Source: Acidobacteriota bacterium (GTDB taxonomy: Bacteria; Acidobacteriota; UBA890; WLXD01). From it: a DNA stretch of 64,000 bases. Location: the NCBI GenBank assembly GCA_965248695.1, contig CBDFKD010000002.1, positions 5,472,001 through 5,536,000 of the forward strand, read 5' to 3'. The notes below the pieces were generated by a model. The model saw only the letters and a list, made by a program, of their open reading frames with translations, was not told the origin of the DNA and did not search any database. Of this stretch, positions 48,871-58,770 are shown piece after piece. Every line of letters begins with the position of its first letter. Within the stretch, counting starts at the first letter, position 1. Both the position numbers and the translations under genes were made by a program.

Positions 48871-50517
48871 ATGCCGCCACCATACGCTACCGATACCTCG
48901 TCGCGCCGCGCCGTCGTTGGCGCCGGTCTCATAGTGTTCGTGAGCTCCGCGCTCATCATGACCCTGGAGATCGTTGCCGCTCGACTCGTGGCGCAGCACC
49001 TCGGCGTGTCGCTCTATACCTGGACTGCGGTGATCGGGGTGGTGCTGGCCGGGATCACGGTGGGCAACTACGTCGGCGGCAAGCTCGCGGACCTGTATCC
49101 GCCGCGCGCCCTCCTGACGACCCTCTTCCTGCTCGCCTCCATGTCGAGCCTCTCGGTGCTGTTCGTTGTCGATTGGATGGGGTCCTGGGAGCGACCGGAG
49201 TACTTTTCGTGGCCGCTTTGGATCCTACGCAACGTCGCCCTCACGTTCATGGCTCCGGCAACCATCATGGGAACGATCTCCCCGGTGGCGGCCAAGCTGG
49301 CCTTGGAGGCACGGCGCGAGGTCGGCGCCACGGTGGGATCACTGTACGCCAGCGGCGCCGCCGGCAGCATTCTCGGCACCTTTCTCACCGGCTATGTCCT
49401 GATTGACGCGTTCGGAACCAAGACCATCGTCTGCGGAATCGCCGCCGGCCTCGGGCTCCTGGGACTGCTGGCGGCCGTCGGCCTGCGCCGCAGTCCGGCC
49501 TCGTTCTTCGTCGTATGGCTGTCGATCTTGTTCCTGGTTTCGGCTCTCTCCGTGGCGCCATGGAGCTGGAGCGAACGGTGGGGTCATTTCCTCGGTCTGC
49601 GTTTCGCCACCGACCATCTCCATTATCAAGACGAGAGCAGTTATTTCTCGATCGAGATCTATGACGCCGAGGACTTCGACAACACCCGTGTGCTGGCGCT
49701 CGATCACCTCGTCCACAGTTACGTCAACATGGACGACGTCACGCAACTGGAGTACGGCTACGAGACAGTCTACGCCGCCGTGACACACCACCTCGCCGAC
49801 ACCGACCAGCCCCTGAGGGCGCTGTTCATCGGCGGCGGCGGCTACACGTTCCCGCGCTATCTGGAAACCCGATTCACGGCATCGGCGATCGACGTCGCGG
49901 AGATCGACCCGGCCGTCAAGCGCGCAGCTCAAGCAGCCCTCGGTCTACCGGCCGATGAGGATACGCGCATCCACACCCACACTATGGACGCACGCAACTA
50001 CGTCGACGATCTCCGGCGGCGCAATCACCGCTCCGCGGACCCGCAGCGGTTCGATTTCGTCTACGGCGACGCATTCAACGACCTCGGCGTGCCGTACCAC
50101 CTGACCACCCAGGGGTTCAACGAACGGCTCGCCGAGGTGATGTCGCCCGAAGGCGTTTACATGATCAACGTCATCGACATCTACCGGGAAGGGCTTGGAG
50201 CGTTTCTGGGCGCCTATGTGGCCACGATACGACGCACCTTCCCGTTCGTGTACGTCTTCGCGGGCGACCCGGACGGACCTACGGACGAACGCGACACATT
50301 CATCGTGGTGAGCTCCGGACGAGCCTTGCCGATCCTGCAGATCGATCCGCAGGAGGGCGTCCCGGACGCATGGGGTCGGGTCTTCGCGTGGGCCGAGCGC
50401 GACCATCTGGGCGGCGAGATGATTACCGTCCTGGACCGGGCCCGTGGTCTGATCCTCACCGACGATTATGCCCCGGTCGACAACCTGCTGGCTCCAGTGT
50501 TCTCAAGCAACGAATGA
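48871..50517 (+). CDS. Fused MFS/spermidine synthase-like methyltransferase-fold protein
   Basis: N-terminal TM bundle (GS.LGTFLTG), IGGGGY, EIDP, DAR, DAF, LTDDYAPV. Confidence 0.88.
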   Translation: MPPPYATDTSSRRAVVGAGLIVFVSSALIMTLEIVAARLVAQHLGVSLYTWTAVIGVVLAGITVGNYVGGKLADLYPPRALLTTLFLLASMSSLSVLFVVDWMGSWERPEYFSWPLWILRNVALTFMAPATIMGTISPVAAKLALEARREVGATVGSLYASGAAGSILGTFLTGYVLIDAFGTKTIVCGIAAGLGLLGLLAAVGLRRSPASFFVVWLSILFLVSALSVAPWSWSERWGHFLGLRFATDHLHYQDESSYFSIEIYDAEDFDNTRVLALDHLVHSYVNMDDVTQLEYGYETVYAAVTHHLADTDQPLRALFIGGGGYTFPRYLETRFTASAIDVAEIDPAVKRAAQAALGLPADEDTRIHTHTMDARNYVDDLRRRNHRSADPQRFDFVYGDAFNDLGVPYHLTTQGFNERLAEVMSPEGVYMINVIDIYREGLGAFLGAYVATIRRTFPFVYVFAGDPDGPTDERDTFIVVSSGRALPILQIDPQEGVPDAWGRVFAWAERDHLGGEMITVLDRARGLILTDDYAPVDNLLAPVFSSNE

Positions 50518-50619
50518 GCGCGGTGGGCAGCACTTCGCGACCGGTCAGAACAACGTCCGGGCGGCCAGGCGGCGCCTGCTGACGCACCGACCGACCGGCG
50601 CTTCGCTAGACTCGGCGGC

Positions 50620-51813
50620 ATGAAGGACGATTCCGGCTCCGTAGCCACCACGAGCGGCCTGCTGGCGGTCTACCTGACGGTCTTCGTCGACATGGTGGCG
50701 TTCGCCGTGATTCTTCCGGCGCTGCCGTTCTGGGCCATGCGCATGGGCGCCGGGGGCTTGTGGCTCGGCGTGCTCCTGACCTCCTACTCGGGCGCCAAGC
50801 TCGTTGGCGCGGCGCTCGCCGGACGAGCCTCCGACATCTGGGGACGTAAGCCCGTGCTGGTCGCCTGCCTTGCAGGCTCGGGAGTCTCCTTCATCCTCAC
50901 AGGTCTGGCGCCCTCGTTGCTGGCTCTGGCGGCAGCGCGAGCGGTGGCCGGTCTGTTCGGCGGGACGGTGGCCACCGCGCAGGCCTACGTCGCTGACGTG
51001 ACTCGCCCGACGGAGCGGGCCAAGTACATGGGGCTTCTCGGCGCCGCCATCGGCACGGGGTTCATCGTCGGCCCCGGCCTCGGCGTCGGGCTCAGCCGGT
51101 TCGGGTTCCTGGTAGTAACGCTCGTCGCCGCGGCGCTAGCGTTCGGCAACGCCATCCTGGCCGTCGTCAAGATACGTGAGACGCAGCCGGCCGCTGCCCG
51201 TGCGCTCGTCGATGCGGAGTCTCGCGCCGGCGGCCGGCGCGGCGCGGTCGTCATCTTGTCGGCGACGTTTCTGATCATCTTCGCGTTCGTGTCGATGGAG
51301 ACGACGCTGGCGTTCGTTGCTCACGACCGGTACTCGCTCGCGGAGCGCGGTTTCGGCCTCATCCTGGTGTTCGTCGGGCTCGTGATGATCGTCGTTCAGG
51401 GCGGCCTGGTCGGCAGGCTGGCTCCGAAGTACGGAGAGAGGAGGCTAGCCTGCTACGGCGCTCTCCTGCTCGGCACCTCGCTGGTGCTGCTACCGCTGGC
51501 TCCCGGGCTGGCGGCGACCATACTGCTGCTGGGCCTGCTCGCCTTCGGACAGGGACTGGCGTCGCCGACGCTGTCAGCTCTGTTGTCGCGCTACAGCGTC
51601 GGCCATGAACGGGGCGGAATGCTGGGAATCGGCCAATCTACGGCCTCGGCAGCACGAACGATCGCGCCGATCACTGCCGGATGGCTTTACGACCAGGGGG
51701 CGCCCTGGCCGTTTCTACTAGCCGGCCTGATGGCGCTGATCGCCGGCCTCGTCGTCAGCCGCTCGCCGCGCGTCGACGTTACCGAAGTCAGCCAGCCGAC
51801 GGCGCCGTGCTAG
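50620..51813 (+). CDS. MFS efflux transporter (TetA/DHA1-like)
   Basis: GRASDIWGRKP motif A, AQAYVAD, G..GAA.G.GFIVGP. Confidence 0.9.
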   Translation: MKDDSGSVATTSGLLAVYLTVFVDMVAFAVILPALPFWAMRMGAGGLWLGVLLTSYSGAKLVGAALAGRASDIWGRKPVLVACLAGSGVSFILTGLAPSLLALAAARAVAGLFGGTVATAQAYVADVTRPTERAKYMGLLGAAIGTGFIVGPGLGVGLSRFGFLVVTLVAAALAFGNAILAVVKIRETQPAAARALVDAESRAGGRRGAVVILSATFLIIFAFVSMETTLAFVAHDRYSLAERGFGLILVFVGLVMIVVQGGLVGRLAPKYGERRLACYGALLLGTSLVLLPLAPGLAATILLLGLLAFGQGLASPTLSALLSRYSVGHERGGMLGIGQSTASAARTIAPITAGWLYDQGAPWPFLLAGLMALIAGLVVSRSPRVDVTEVSQPTAPC

Positions 51814-51815
51814 CG

Positions 51816-52094
51816 CTAGTGGCCTGTAACAGATGAATCGATAGTGCCGTGGTGGCGAAATGGGGTCGGATACAAGGCGCTCCGACGAGTCGATGTTGGT
51901 GCATCTCCGAGGAGGGGCAACGCCGCAGGCGGCCCGATTTCGCCGCCATCCTGCGGACAGATAGGCAGTTGCGGGCAAACTCGGCGTTGCGACTCGTCGA
52001 CGATGCGCCGCGGCATCGCCATCCTCGCCGCGCCTTGATCTCGCCCGCAAAGCCCATCTGCGGCGCTATCGATTCATCTGTTACAGGCCACTAG
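51816..52094. mobile_element. MITE-like palindromic element, family B copy 2 (279 bp, inverted relative to copy 1)
   Basis: TIR CTAGTGGCCTGTAACAGATGAATCGATAG ... CTATCGATTCATCTGTTACAGGCCACTAG; internal arms homologous to 47440-47729. Confidence 0.85.
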
Positions 52095-52960
52095 ATCGCC
52101 CGCAACGGTGTCAGCAACGAACGCAGCGGGGCGTGAACGTGCCCGTTCGTCGCCACGATGTTGCGGCCGTGGAGTAAGCGCTGCAGCTCGGCGCTACCGG
52201 AGCAGTCGGTCACGCGGCCGCCCGCCTCGTTCACCAACAGGATCCCTGCAGCGACGTCCCAGGGTTCCAGGTGTAACTCCCAGTAGCCGTCAAGGCGCCC
52301 GCACGCCACCAGGGCGAGATCGAAGGCAGCTGAACCCAGCCGGCGCAACCCGCCAGCAACCACCCCGACGCGCGGCACATTGTCGAGGTTGTTGTCGGCG
52401 AGCGTGTCCCGTGCGTACGGGAATCCGGTGGCCAGGATCGCGTCGCTCAGGTGATTTGTAGCGGACACCGTTGCCACGGTGCCTTCGAGCGTCGTGCCGC
52501 CACCGCGAGTGGCGGCGAACGTCATCTGCAACAGCGGCGCGTGCACCACGCCGGCTACCAGCTCGCCGTGCTCGATCACCGCGATCGATACACACCACAC
52601 GGGCAGGCCGTGGAGGAAATTGACCGTCCCGTCGAGCGGATCGACCACCCATAGACGCTCGGAATCGCCATCACGACGACCCGATTCCTCAGCCAGCACG
52701 GCATCGTGGCGCGGTATCCGATCGAGGATCCAGCGTTCCGCCTCGACGTCGGCAGCGCTCACCAGGTCCCGACGACGCCCTCCCTTGCGACGGGCGTCCG
52801 CGGCGTTGAGCTTGCCGTAGTGGCGGAGCAGCACGGTGCCGGCGCCATGGGCGATATCGATGAGCTGATCGAGCACGGCCGGGTCCCGGGGGCAGGGTCG
52901 TTGAGCAAGCGGGGAGGCAGAAGCCGCCGCAGATGGCGGCGTCGGTGCCCCGCAGGTCAC
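52091..52960 (-). CDS. suhB: Inositol monophosphatase family protein
   Basis: DLVSAAD, EE, WVVDPLDGT.NF, RRLGSAA, WDVAAG. Confidence 0.9.
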   Translation of the reverse strand: MTCGAPTPPSAAASASPLAQRPCPRDPAVLDQLIDIAHGAGTVLLRHYGKLNAADARRKGGRRRDLVSAADVEAERWILDRIPRHDAVLAEESGRRDGDSERLWVVDPLDGTVNFLHGLPVWCVSIAVIEHGELVAGVVHAPLLQMTFAATRGGGTTLEGTVATVSATNHLSDAILATGFPYARDTLADNNLDNVPRVGVVAGGLRRLGSAAFDLALVACGRLDGYWELHLEPWDVAAGILLVNEAGGRVTDCSGSAELQRLLHGRNIVATNGHVHAPLRSLLTPLRAI

Positions 52961-53023
52961 GCGGTGTCTCGGGAGTATCGCCGATCAACGCGACCGGTGC
53001 CGAGCCGCGGCATGAGATCAGCC

Positions 53024-53779
53024 TCAGTAGGCCTCGAGCGCTTCCTTGTCGAGCACCCAGATGACTCGATCCTTGGACTCCACCAGGCCTTCGCGACGAA
53101 AGCCGTTGAACGCCATACTGGTGGTCTCGCGCGTTGAGCCGACCAGCTGGCCGAGATCCGTCTGTGTCAGCCGCAGGCTGATCCTGAGGCCCTGGTCGTC
53201 GGGAGCCCCGCACTGCTCGGCAAGCTGCACCAGAGCGTGGGCCAGACGCGTCCGCACGTCCTCGGACAGAAGCGAGATCATGCGATCCTCGAGCGCCTCC
53301 TTGCGCTGCGCGATGACCGCTGTGACCCAGCTGCACAGATCAGGATGCTGCTCCAGGTATCCGACGAATCGATCCCGCTCGATGACGCACATGAAGGCGT
53401 CCTCGGCGATCTGGGCGTTGTCGCGACGGCGACGGGCGCCGATAAGCGCCGTCTCTCCGAACATCGCTCCGGGCCCCTCGAAGCCGAGAATGAGCTGCTT
53501 GCCGCCGGTAATCTCGCGGTACAGCTTCACCATCCCGGTGCGCAGGACGTAGAAATGGTCGCACAGGTCTCCGGCCCGGAAGACGTCCTCACCACGCTTG
53601 AAGAGCCGCAGGTCGGCGATGTTGACCAGCTGCTTGATCTCCCAGTCTGCCAAGCTCTTGAACATCCCCATCTGCTTGAGATGCCAGTACTTGGCCTGTG
53701 ACACCGCTAAAGCCGCTTCCATTCGCTCCTCCGCGATCAGCGCTCCTGAGGTCAACTCCGGGCGGCTCACTGGCCGCAT
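53024..53779 (-). CDS. Crp/Fnr family transcriptional regulator
   Basis: cNMP domain (G.VK, FGE.AL); HTH LTQTDLGQLVGSTRETTS. Confidence 0.92.
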   Translation of the reverse strand: MRPVSRPELTSGALIAEERMEAALAVSQAKYWHLKQMGMFKSLADWEIKQLVNIADLRLFKRGEDVFRAGDLCDHFYVLRTGMVKLYREITGGKQLILGFEGPGAMFGETALIGARRRRDNAQIAEDAFMCVIERDRFVGYLEQHPDLCSWVTAVIAQRKEALEDRMISLLSEDVRTRLAHALVQLAEQCGAPDDQGLRISLRLTQTDLGQLVGSTRETTSMAFNGFRREGLVESKDRVIWVLDKEALEAY

Positions 53780-53790
53780 TCATAGGGCGT

Positions 53791-53816
53791 TTTGCCGCCT
53801 GTGGTGCGCTGGTTAC
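53791..53816 (-). promoter_or_regulatory. Possible ECF16 (SigF-type) promoter for the crp gene
   Basis: Minus strand GTAACC-N16-CAAA versus the recalled SigF consensus GTAACC-N16-CGAA (one mismatch). Confidence 0.3.
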
Positions 53817-53902
53817 AGATCTTCGCAGCGATGGCGACGGGCCGACGGCGCAAAGAGCGTACGAATCAGCCGATGCCCGGCACTGTTGGCGGCCCCGGGC
53901 GG

Positions 53903-54574
53903 CTAGCTGGCGGCAGGTCGGTGGCCGTACAGCGTCCAGAGGTATCCGAGGAGGAAACCCGTCAGGCCCAACACGAGAATGCCACCGGTATGCCCCAACA
54001 GCACGTGGGCGGCATCCGAGTAGGGGCAGAACATGCGCCACGACGCCTCGGCGGACAGCCCTGCACCGGTGCCCGTCAGGAAACCAGCCACGAGCGGACG
54101 CTGGGGAAGGGTCCGGGCCACCAGCCAGGCGATCAACACCAGCGCCGGCAAGCCGATCAGTGACTCGGCGCGGAAGCAACCCATCCACATCGTCACGGTC
54201 CCACCGCTCGACATCGGGGCCCACATGAAGATCAGCAGGTTGACGACGATCTGCAGCGCATAGGCCGCCAGCACCACCGCGAAGATCTTCGTGGACGAGA
54301 CGCGCCAACCCGGAATGCCTTCACGCAGCGCGAAGATCAACAGCGCGAACGCAACCAACACCTGGATGGCGATAGGCACCCAAGCGAGCATCATGCCGAG
54401 CTCTCCGGTGTCGCGCAGCTGGTTGTAAGCCAGAGGCATCACCATCGCCACCACAAGGACCGGCAGCACGCCCAGCAACCGCTGCCACGGTGGACGCAGC
54501 GGGGTGACCGGGTCGATTTGGTCTCCTAGCGCACGTCGCAGGCGGTCGGGTACCTCCGGTCGCGACACACTCAT
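53903..54574 (-). CDS. NrsF/DUF1109-like membrane anti-sigma factor
   Basis: About 6 TM, two membrane-proximal Cys (GCF; FCP...HVLLGH); ATGA overlap with the sigma gene. Confidence 0.75.
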   Translation of the reverse strand: MSVSRPEVPDRLRRALGDQIDPVTPLRPPWQRLLGVLPVLVVAMVMPLAYNQLRDTGELGMMLAWVPIAIQVLVAFALLIFALREGIPGWRVSSTKIFAVVLAAYALQIVVNLLIFMWAPMSSGGTVTMWMGCFRAESLIGLPALVLIAWLVARTLPQRPLVAGFLTGTGAGLSAEASWRMFCPYSDAAHVLLGHTGGILVLGLTGFLLGYLWTLYGHRPAAS

Positions 54575-55134
54575 GCTGGCACCCTGGCGGCGCCGAACAT
54601 CTGCCGCAGGTCCTGCATCCCGCGGAACGCTCGCAACTTGGCGGCGCGTTCGCTGATGCCGAGCATGTTGCCGATCTCTCGGAAGGTAAACCCCCATACG
54701 TGGTGCAACAGCAGCGATTCCCGCCGATCCTCGGGTACTTCCAGCAATGCCTGACCGAGGTCCTCGCGGTCAGGAAACATCTCGGCAATCGGAGCTACCG
54801 GGATCTCGGGCAGCGTCTCGGGACCTGGACCCTCGTGCTTCGCCAGGCGTGCCGACGAGCGCCGGTACATCAGGTACACATGCCGTGCAATCCCGAAAGC
54901 CCACGGCTTGACGGGTCGTCCTGGCATATACGTTTGCCGCGAGCGATGTATCTGCAGAAACGTCTCCTGCATCAGATCCTCGCCGCGCGAATGGTCACGT
55001 GTGAGCGACGTGAGGTAGTTGCGTAAGGGCACCGACAGGGCAGCGAACAGCTCCTCGAACGCTTCGAGGTTGCCGTTCTGGTAGCCGACCATGAACTCGG
55101 TCAGCCGATCGGGCGAGACACCTTCAAGTCCCAC
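54571..55134 (-). CDS. ECF RNA polymerase sigma factor
   Basis: M..YQ.G...AFEELF, EDL.QETFLQIHRSR.TY..GRP.KPW, region 4 HTH. Confidence 0.93.
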   Translation of the reverse strand: MGLEGVSPDRLTEFMVGYQNGNLEAFEELFAALSVPLRNYLTSLTRDHSRGEDLMQETFLQIHRSRQTYMPGRPVKPWAFGIARHVYLMYRRSSARLAKHEGPGPETLPEIPVAPIAEMFPDREDLGQALLEVPEDRRESLLLHHVWGFTFREIGNMLGISERAAKLRAFRGMQDLRQMFGAARVPA

Positions 55135-55387
55135 TTCCGTTCCCTTTGCCCGTCACCGTCATCTGGTTTCGGCCCGCTCCCTCGCGAGCAGGTGACCTTC
55201 CTGCGGAACGAAAATAGGGGTTCGGGCGCGCCGGATCCGGAGATTACCATTCTCATTGACGGGCGCCCAGTTGCACGAGCAACCTCGTCGTGGCGTCCGG
55301 ATCTCGAGACACCGAGCATTTCGATTGGCTGTGAGGAAGGCCCACTCGCGCAAAGCGAGCCCGTTTCCGCAGTCGCTGGAGGCTGAC

Positions 55388-55969
55388 GTGAAGAAGCTCT
55401 TGATGTTGACGGTCCTGGCAACCGCCGGGGCGCTGCTGGCAAGCCCCGCCTGGGCCCAGCAGGACCAGGAAGCCGCGCTGTTCGGTGGCTACTCCCTTCT
55501 GCGTCTGAACCAGGGCGAGGATCAGGATCGCGCCACCCTGCACGGCTTCGTCGCCGACTACACGTACTTCATGGATCGGCGCTTCGGTTTCGTTGTCAGC
55601 GGCAGCTATCACAGGGGACCCGTCGATGCCGGTACCAATGGTCTGGGCGGGTCGGAGCTCAACTTTCGCCAGTACACGGTGCTCGCCGGACCGCACGCGG
55701 TTCTGCGGCGTACCCACACCTCCGAGCTCGGACTGCGCGCCCTCGCCGGCGCCGGCTGGCGTCGCTTCAGCGACGCTGGCCTGGAGCTCAGCAATAACGT
55801 GGAATTCACCTGGGCGGTCGAGGCACACCTCGACCTGAGGCTATCGGACAACCTCTGGCTACGCGTTCTGCAGCCCGGCATCGTCGGCACCAAGTTCAAC
55901 GACGTCCGGCGTACCGACTATCGCTTGAGCGTCGGCCTGGTGCTACACGGGGGCAGCATCTTGCAATAG
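55388..55969 (+). CDS. Small outer-membrane beta-barrel protein
   Basis: SD GGAGG, signal MKKLL...PAWA-Q, FGGYS.LR and amphipathic strands, C-terminal RLSVGLVL. Confidence 0.75.
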   Translation: MKKLLMLTVLATAGALLASPAWAQQDQEAALFGGYSLLRLNQGEDQDRATLHGFVADYTYFMDRRFGFVVSGSYHRGPVDAGTNGLGGSELNFRQYTVLAGPHAVLRRTHTSELGLRALAGAGWRRFSDAGLELSNNVEFTWAVEAHLDLRLSDNLWLRVLQPGIVGTKFNDVRRTDYRLSVGLVLHGGSILQ

Positions 55970-56083
55970 GTACCCGGGTACCCAGTTTCCCGGCTACCAC
56001 GCCACACTCGTCCGCCAGCACCGAACCCACACCAACGCCACCCGGACGGCGATCCTCGCAACGCCGTCGTAGAATCGGTGGCG

Positions 56084-58744
56084 ATGCCCACCCGCCCCAC
56101 ACCTCTGTCCGAAGTCGACGCGCGTGAAACGCGCGAGTGGATCGAGAGCCTCGAGGCCGTCCTGCATCATGACGGCCCCGAGCGCGCCCGATTCCTTCTG
56201 GCGCGCCTGGCCGACCGTGCCCGGCTCGACGGTATCGAGGTGTCGACGCTCCCGTCGCGGTACACCAACACCATCGGCGTGGACCGTCAGCCGTCGTATC
56301 CCGGTGATCTGGAGATCGAGGCACGCATCTCGGCCTATGTGCGCTGGAATGCCATGGCGATGGTCGTACGGGCGAACCGCGAAGCGGCGGAGCTCGGCGG
56401 TCATCTTTCGACCTACGCCTCCGCGGAGGCCCTCTACGACGTCGGCTTCAACCACTTCTTCCGCGCCCCCACCGATGAGCACGGTGGTGATCTGGTCTAC
56501 TTCCAGGGTCATTCCTCGCCGGGTATCTACGCGCGCGCCTACCTCGAAGGTCGGCTGACCGAAGTCGAGCTCGACAGGTTCCGCCGCGAGGTCGGAGGTG
56601 GCGGGCTGTCGTCCTACCCGCACCCCTGGCTGATGCGCGATTTCTGGCAATTCGCCACGGTCTCGATGGGCCTCGGCCCCATCATGGCGATCTACCAGGC
56701 GCGCTTCCTACGCTACCTGGAGAATCGCAGCCTTGTGCCGAGCAGCGATCGGAAGGTCTGGGCCTTCCTCGGCGACGGAGAGATGGACGAGCCCGAATCA
56801 CTCGGTGCGATCACGGTTGCGGCGCGCGAGGGGCTCGACAATCTGATCTTCGTGGTCAACTGCAACCTGCAGCGGCTGGACGGGCCGGTTCGCGGTAACG
56901 GCAGCATCGTGCGCGAGCTCGAGGGCCTGTTCCGCGGTGCTGGGTGGAACGTCCTCAAGGTGTTGTGGGGCACGGCCTGGGACGAATGGCTCACCGGGCC
57001 CCACGCCGACGTCCTCGTACGCCGCATGGAGGAGGCCGTCGACGGCGACTATCAGGCGTACGCCGCGGACGGTACCGGTAAGCTGTTGCGTGAGAAGTTC
57101 TTCGGTCGCTATCCGGAGCTCGCCGGCCTTGTGGAGCACCTGAGCGACGCTGAGGTGGCTGCCATGCCATCGCGACGCGGCGGACACGATGAGCGCAAGG
57201 TGTACGCGGCGTTTGCCGCCGCCGCGTCGCACAGCGGCCAGCCGACGATCATCCTGGCGAAGACGATCAAGGGCTACGGCCTGGGGACCGCGGCGGCGCG
57301 CAATCCGACCCACCAGCAAAAAAAGCTGTCCGACGAAGGCATCCGCGCATACCGAGACTGGCTGCATTTGCCGATCCCGGACGAGGAGATCGATGATCTC
57401 CCCTACATCACCTTGCCGGACGACGCTGCCAAATATCTGCACCAGCGCCGCGCCGAGCTCGGCGGCCCGTTTCCTAGCCGCCGCGCCGTCACGGAACCGC
57501 TGGCCGTCCCCGCCCTCGAGGCGTTCAAGGCTCAGCTACGCCCGTCGGGCGATCGGGAGTTCTCCACCACGATGGTCTTCGTCCGCATGCTATCGACGCT
57601 GCTGCGCGACGAGGCAATCGGGTCGCGCGTCGTACCGATCGTGCCCGACGAGGCCCGCACGTTCGGCATGGAGGGGCTGTTCCGGCAGGTCGGGATTTAC
57701 GCCCCCTACGGGCAGCTGTACACACCGACCGACCGCGACCAGCTCGCCTACTACCGCGAGGAGCAGGCGGGCCAGATCTTGCAGGAGGGAATCACGGAAG
57801 CGGGGGCATTCTCGTCGTGGATAGCAGCGGCAACGGCGTACGTGAACCATGGGATCGTCATGCTCCCCTTCTACATCTACTACTCGATGTTCGGACTGCA
57901 GCGCATCGGCGACCTTGCCTGGGCGGCGGCCGACATGCAGGCGCGTGGCTTCCTCCTCGGTGCTACGTCGGGACGAACAACGCTCGCCGGTGAGGGCCTG
58001 CAGCACCTCGACGGCCACAGCCATGTGCTGGCCTCCGCCATACCTACCTGCCGGGCCTACGATCCGACCTACGCTCACGAAGTCGCTGTGATCATCCAGC
58101 ACGGGCTGCAAGCCATGTACGTCGACAACGAGTCGGCGTTCTACTACCTGACGCTCATGAACGAGAACTACGCTCATCCGGGGATGCCCGAGGACTCCGC
58201 CGAGGGCATCGTGCGCGGGATGTACCTGCTTCGCGCAACCGAGACGACGCCGCAGGTGCAGCTCATGGGTAGCGGTGCGATCCTTCGCGAGGTCGAGGCT
58301 GCCGCCGAGATGCTGCGTGGCGATTTCGAGATCGAGGCGGACGTGTGGAGTGTTACCAGCTTCACCGAGCTCGGTCGCGATGGCATGCGCGTCGCGCGCT
58401 GGAACCGATTGCATCCGGAAGCGACCGCCCGCAGCTGTTTCGTACAGCAGCAGCTGGCCGATCGACCCGGCCCGGTGATCGCCGCCACCGACTATCTGGA
58501 GAGTTTCGCCGGCCAGATCAGGCCTTTCGTCGAGCGCCGCTTCGTCACGCTGGGCACCAACGGGTTCGGACGCAGCGACACCCGCGCGAGGCTGCGCTCG
58601 TTCTTCGAGGTCGACCGCCGCCATATCGTCGTAGCAGCGCTGAAGGCACTCGCCGACGACGGCGCCTATGAGGCCGCCGCCGTGGCCGGAGCGATCAAGA
58701 AATACGACATCGACCCGGACGCTGCCGACCCCGCAGCGCTGTAG
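56084..58744 (+). CDS. aceE: Pyruvate dehydrogenase E1 (homodimeric type)
   Basis: ETREW, LSSYPHP, TVSMGLG, GDGEMDEPES, PDEARTFGMEG, YYSMFG, GFGRSD. Confidence 0.97.
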   Translation: MPTRPTPLSEVDARETREWIESLEAVLHHDGPERARFLLARLADRARLDGIEVSTLPSRYTNTIGVDRQPSYPGDLEIEARISAYVRWNAMAMVVRANREAAELGGHLSTYASAEALYDVGFNHFFRAPTDEHGGDLVYFQGHSSPGIYARAYLEGRLTEVELDRFRREVGGGGLSSYPHPWLMRDFWQFATVSMGLGPIMAIYQARFLRYLENRSLVPSSDRKVWAFLGDGEMDEPESLGAITVAAREGLDNLIFVVNCNLQRLDGPVRGNGSIVRELEGLFRGAGWNVLKVLWGTAWDEWLTGPHADVLVRRMEEAVDGDYQAYAADGTGKLLREKFFGRYPELAGLVEHLSDAEVAAMPSRRGGHDERKVYAAFAAAASHSGQPTIILAKTIKGYGLGTAAARNPTHQQKKLSDEGIRAYRDWLHLPIPDEEIDDLPYITLPDDAAKYLHQRRAELGGPFPSRRAVTEPLAVPALEAFKAQLRPSGDREFSTTMVFVRMLSTLLRDEAIGSRVVPIVPDEARTFGMEGLFRQVGIYAPYGQLYTPTDRDQLAYYREEQAGQILQEGITEAGAFSSWIAAATAYVNHGIVMLPFYIYYSMFGLQRIGDLAWAAADMQARGFLLGATSGRTTLAGEGLQHLDGHSHVLASAIPTCRAYDPTYAHEVAVIIQHGLQAMYVDNESAFYYLTLMNENYAHPGMPEDSAEGIVRGMYLLRATETTPQVQLMGSGAILREVEAAAEMLRGDFEIEADVWSVTSFTELGRDGMRVARWNRLHPEATARSCFVQQQLADRPGPVIAATDYLESFAGQIRPFVERRFVTLGTNGFGRSDTRARLRSFFEVDRRHIVVAALKALADDGAYEAAAVAGAIKKYDIDPDAADPAAL

Positions 58745-58770
58745 CAACAATCGCAACAACGGAGACGAAG

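Noticed and set aside
55969-55982. Perfect 14-bp palindrome GGTACCCGGGTACC after the beta-barrel gene
   Set aside because: Single occurrence with no U-tract; no function can be supported
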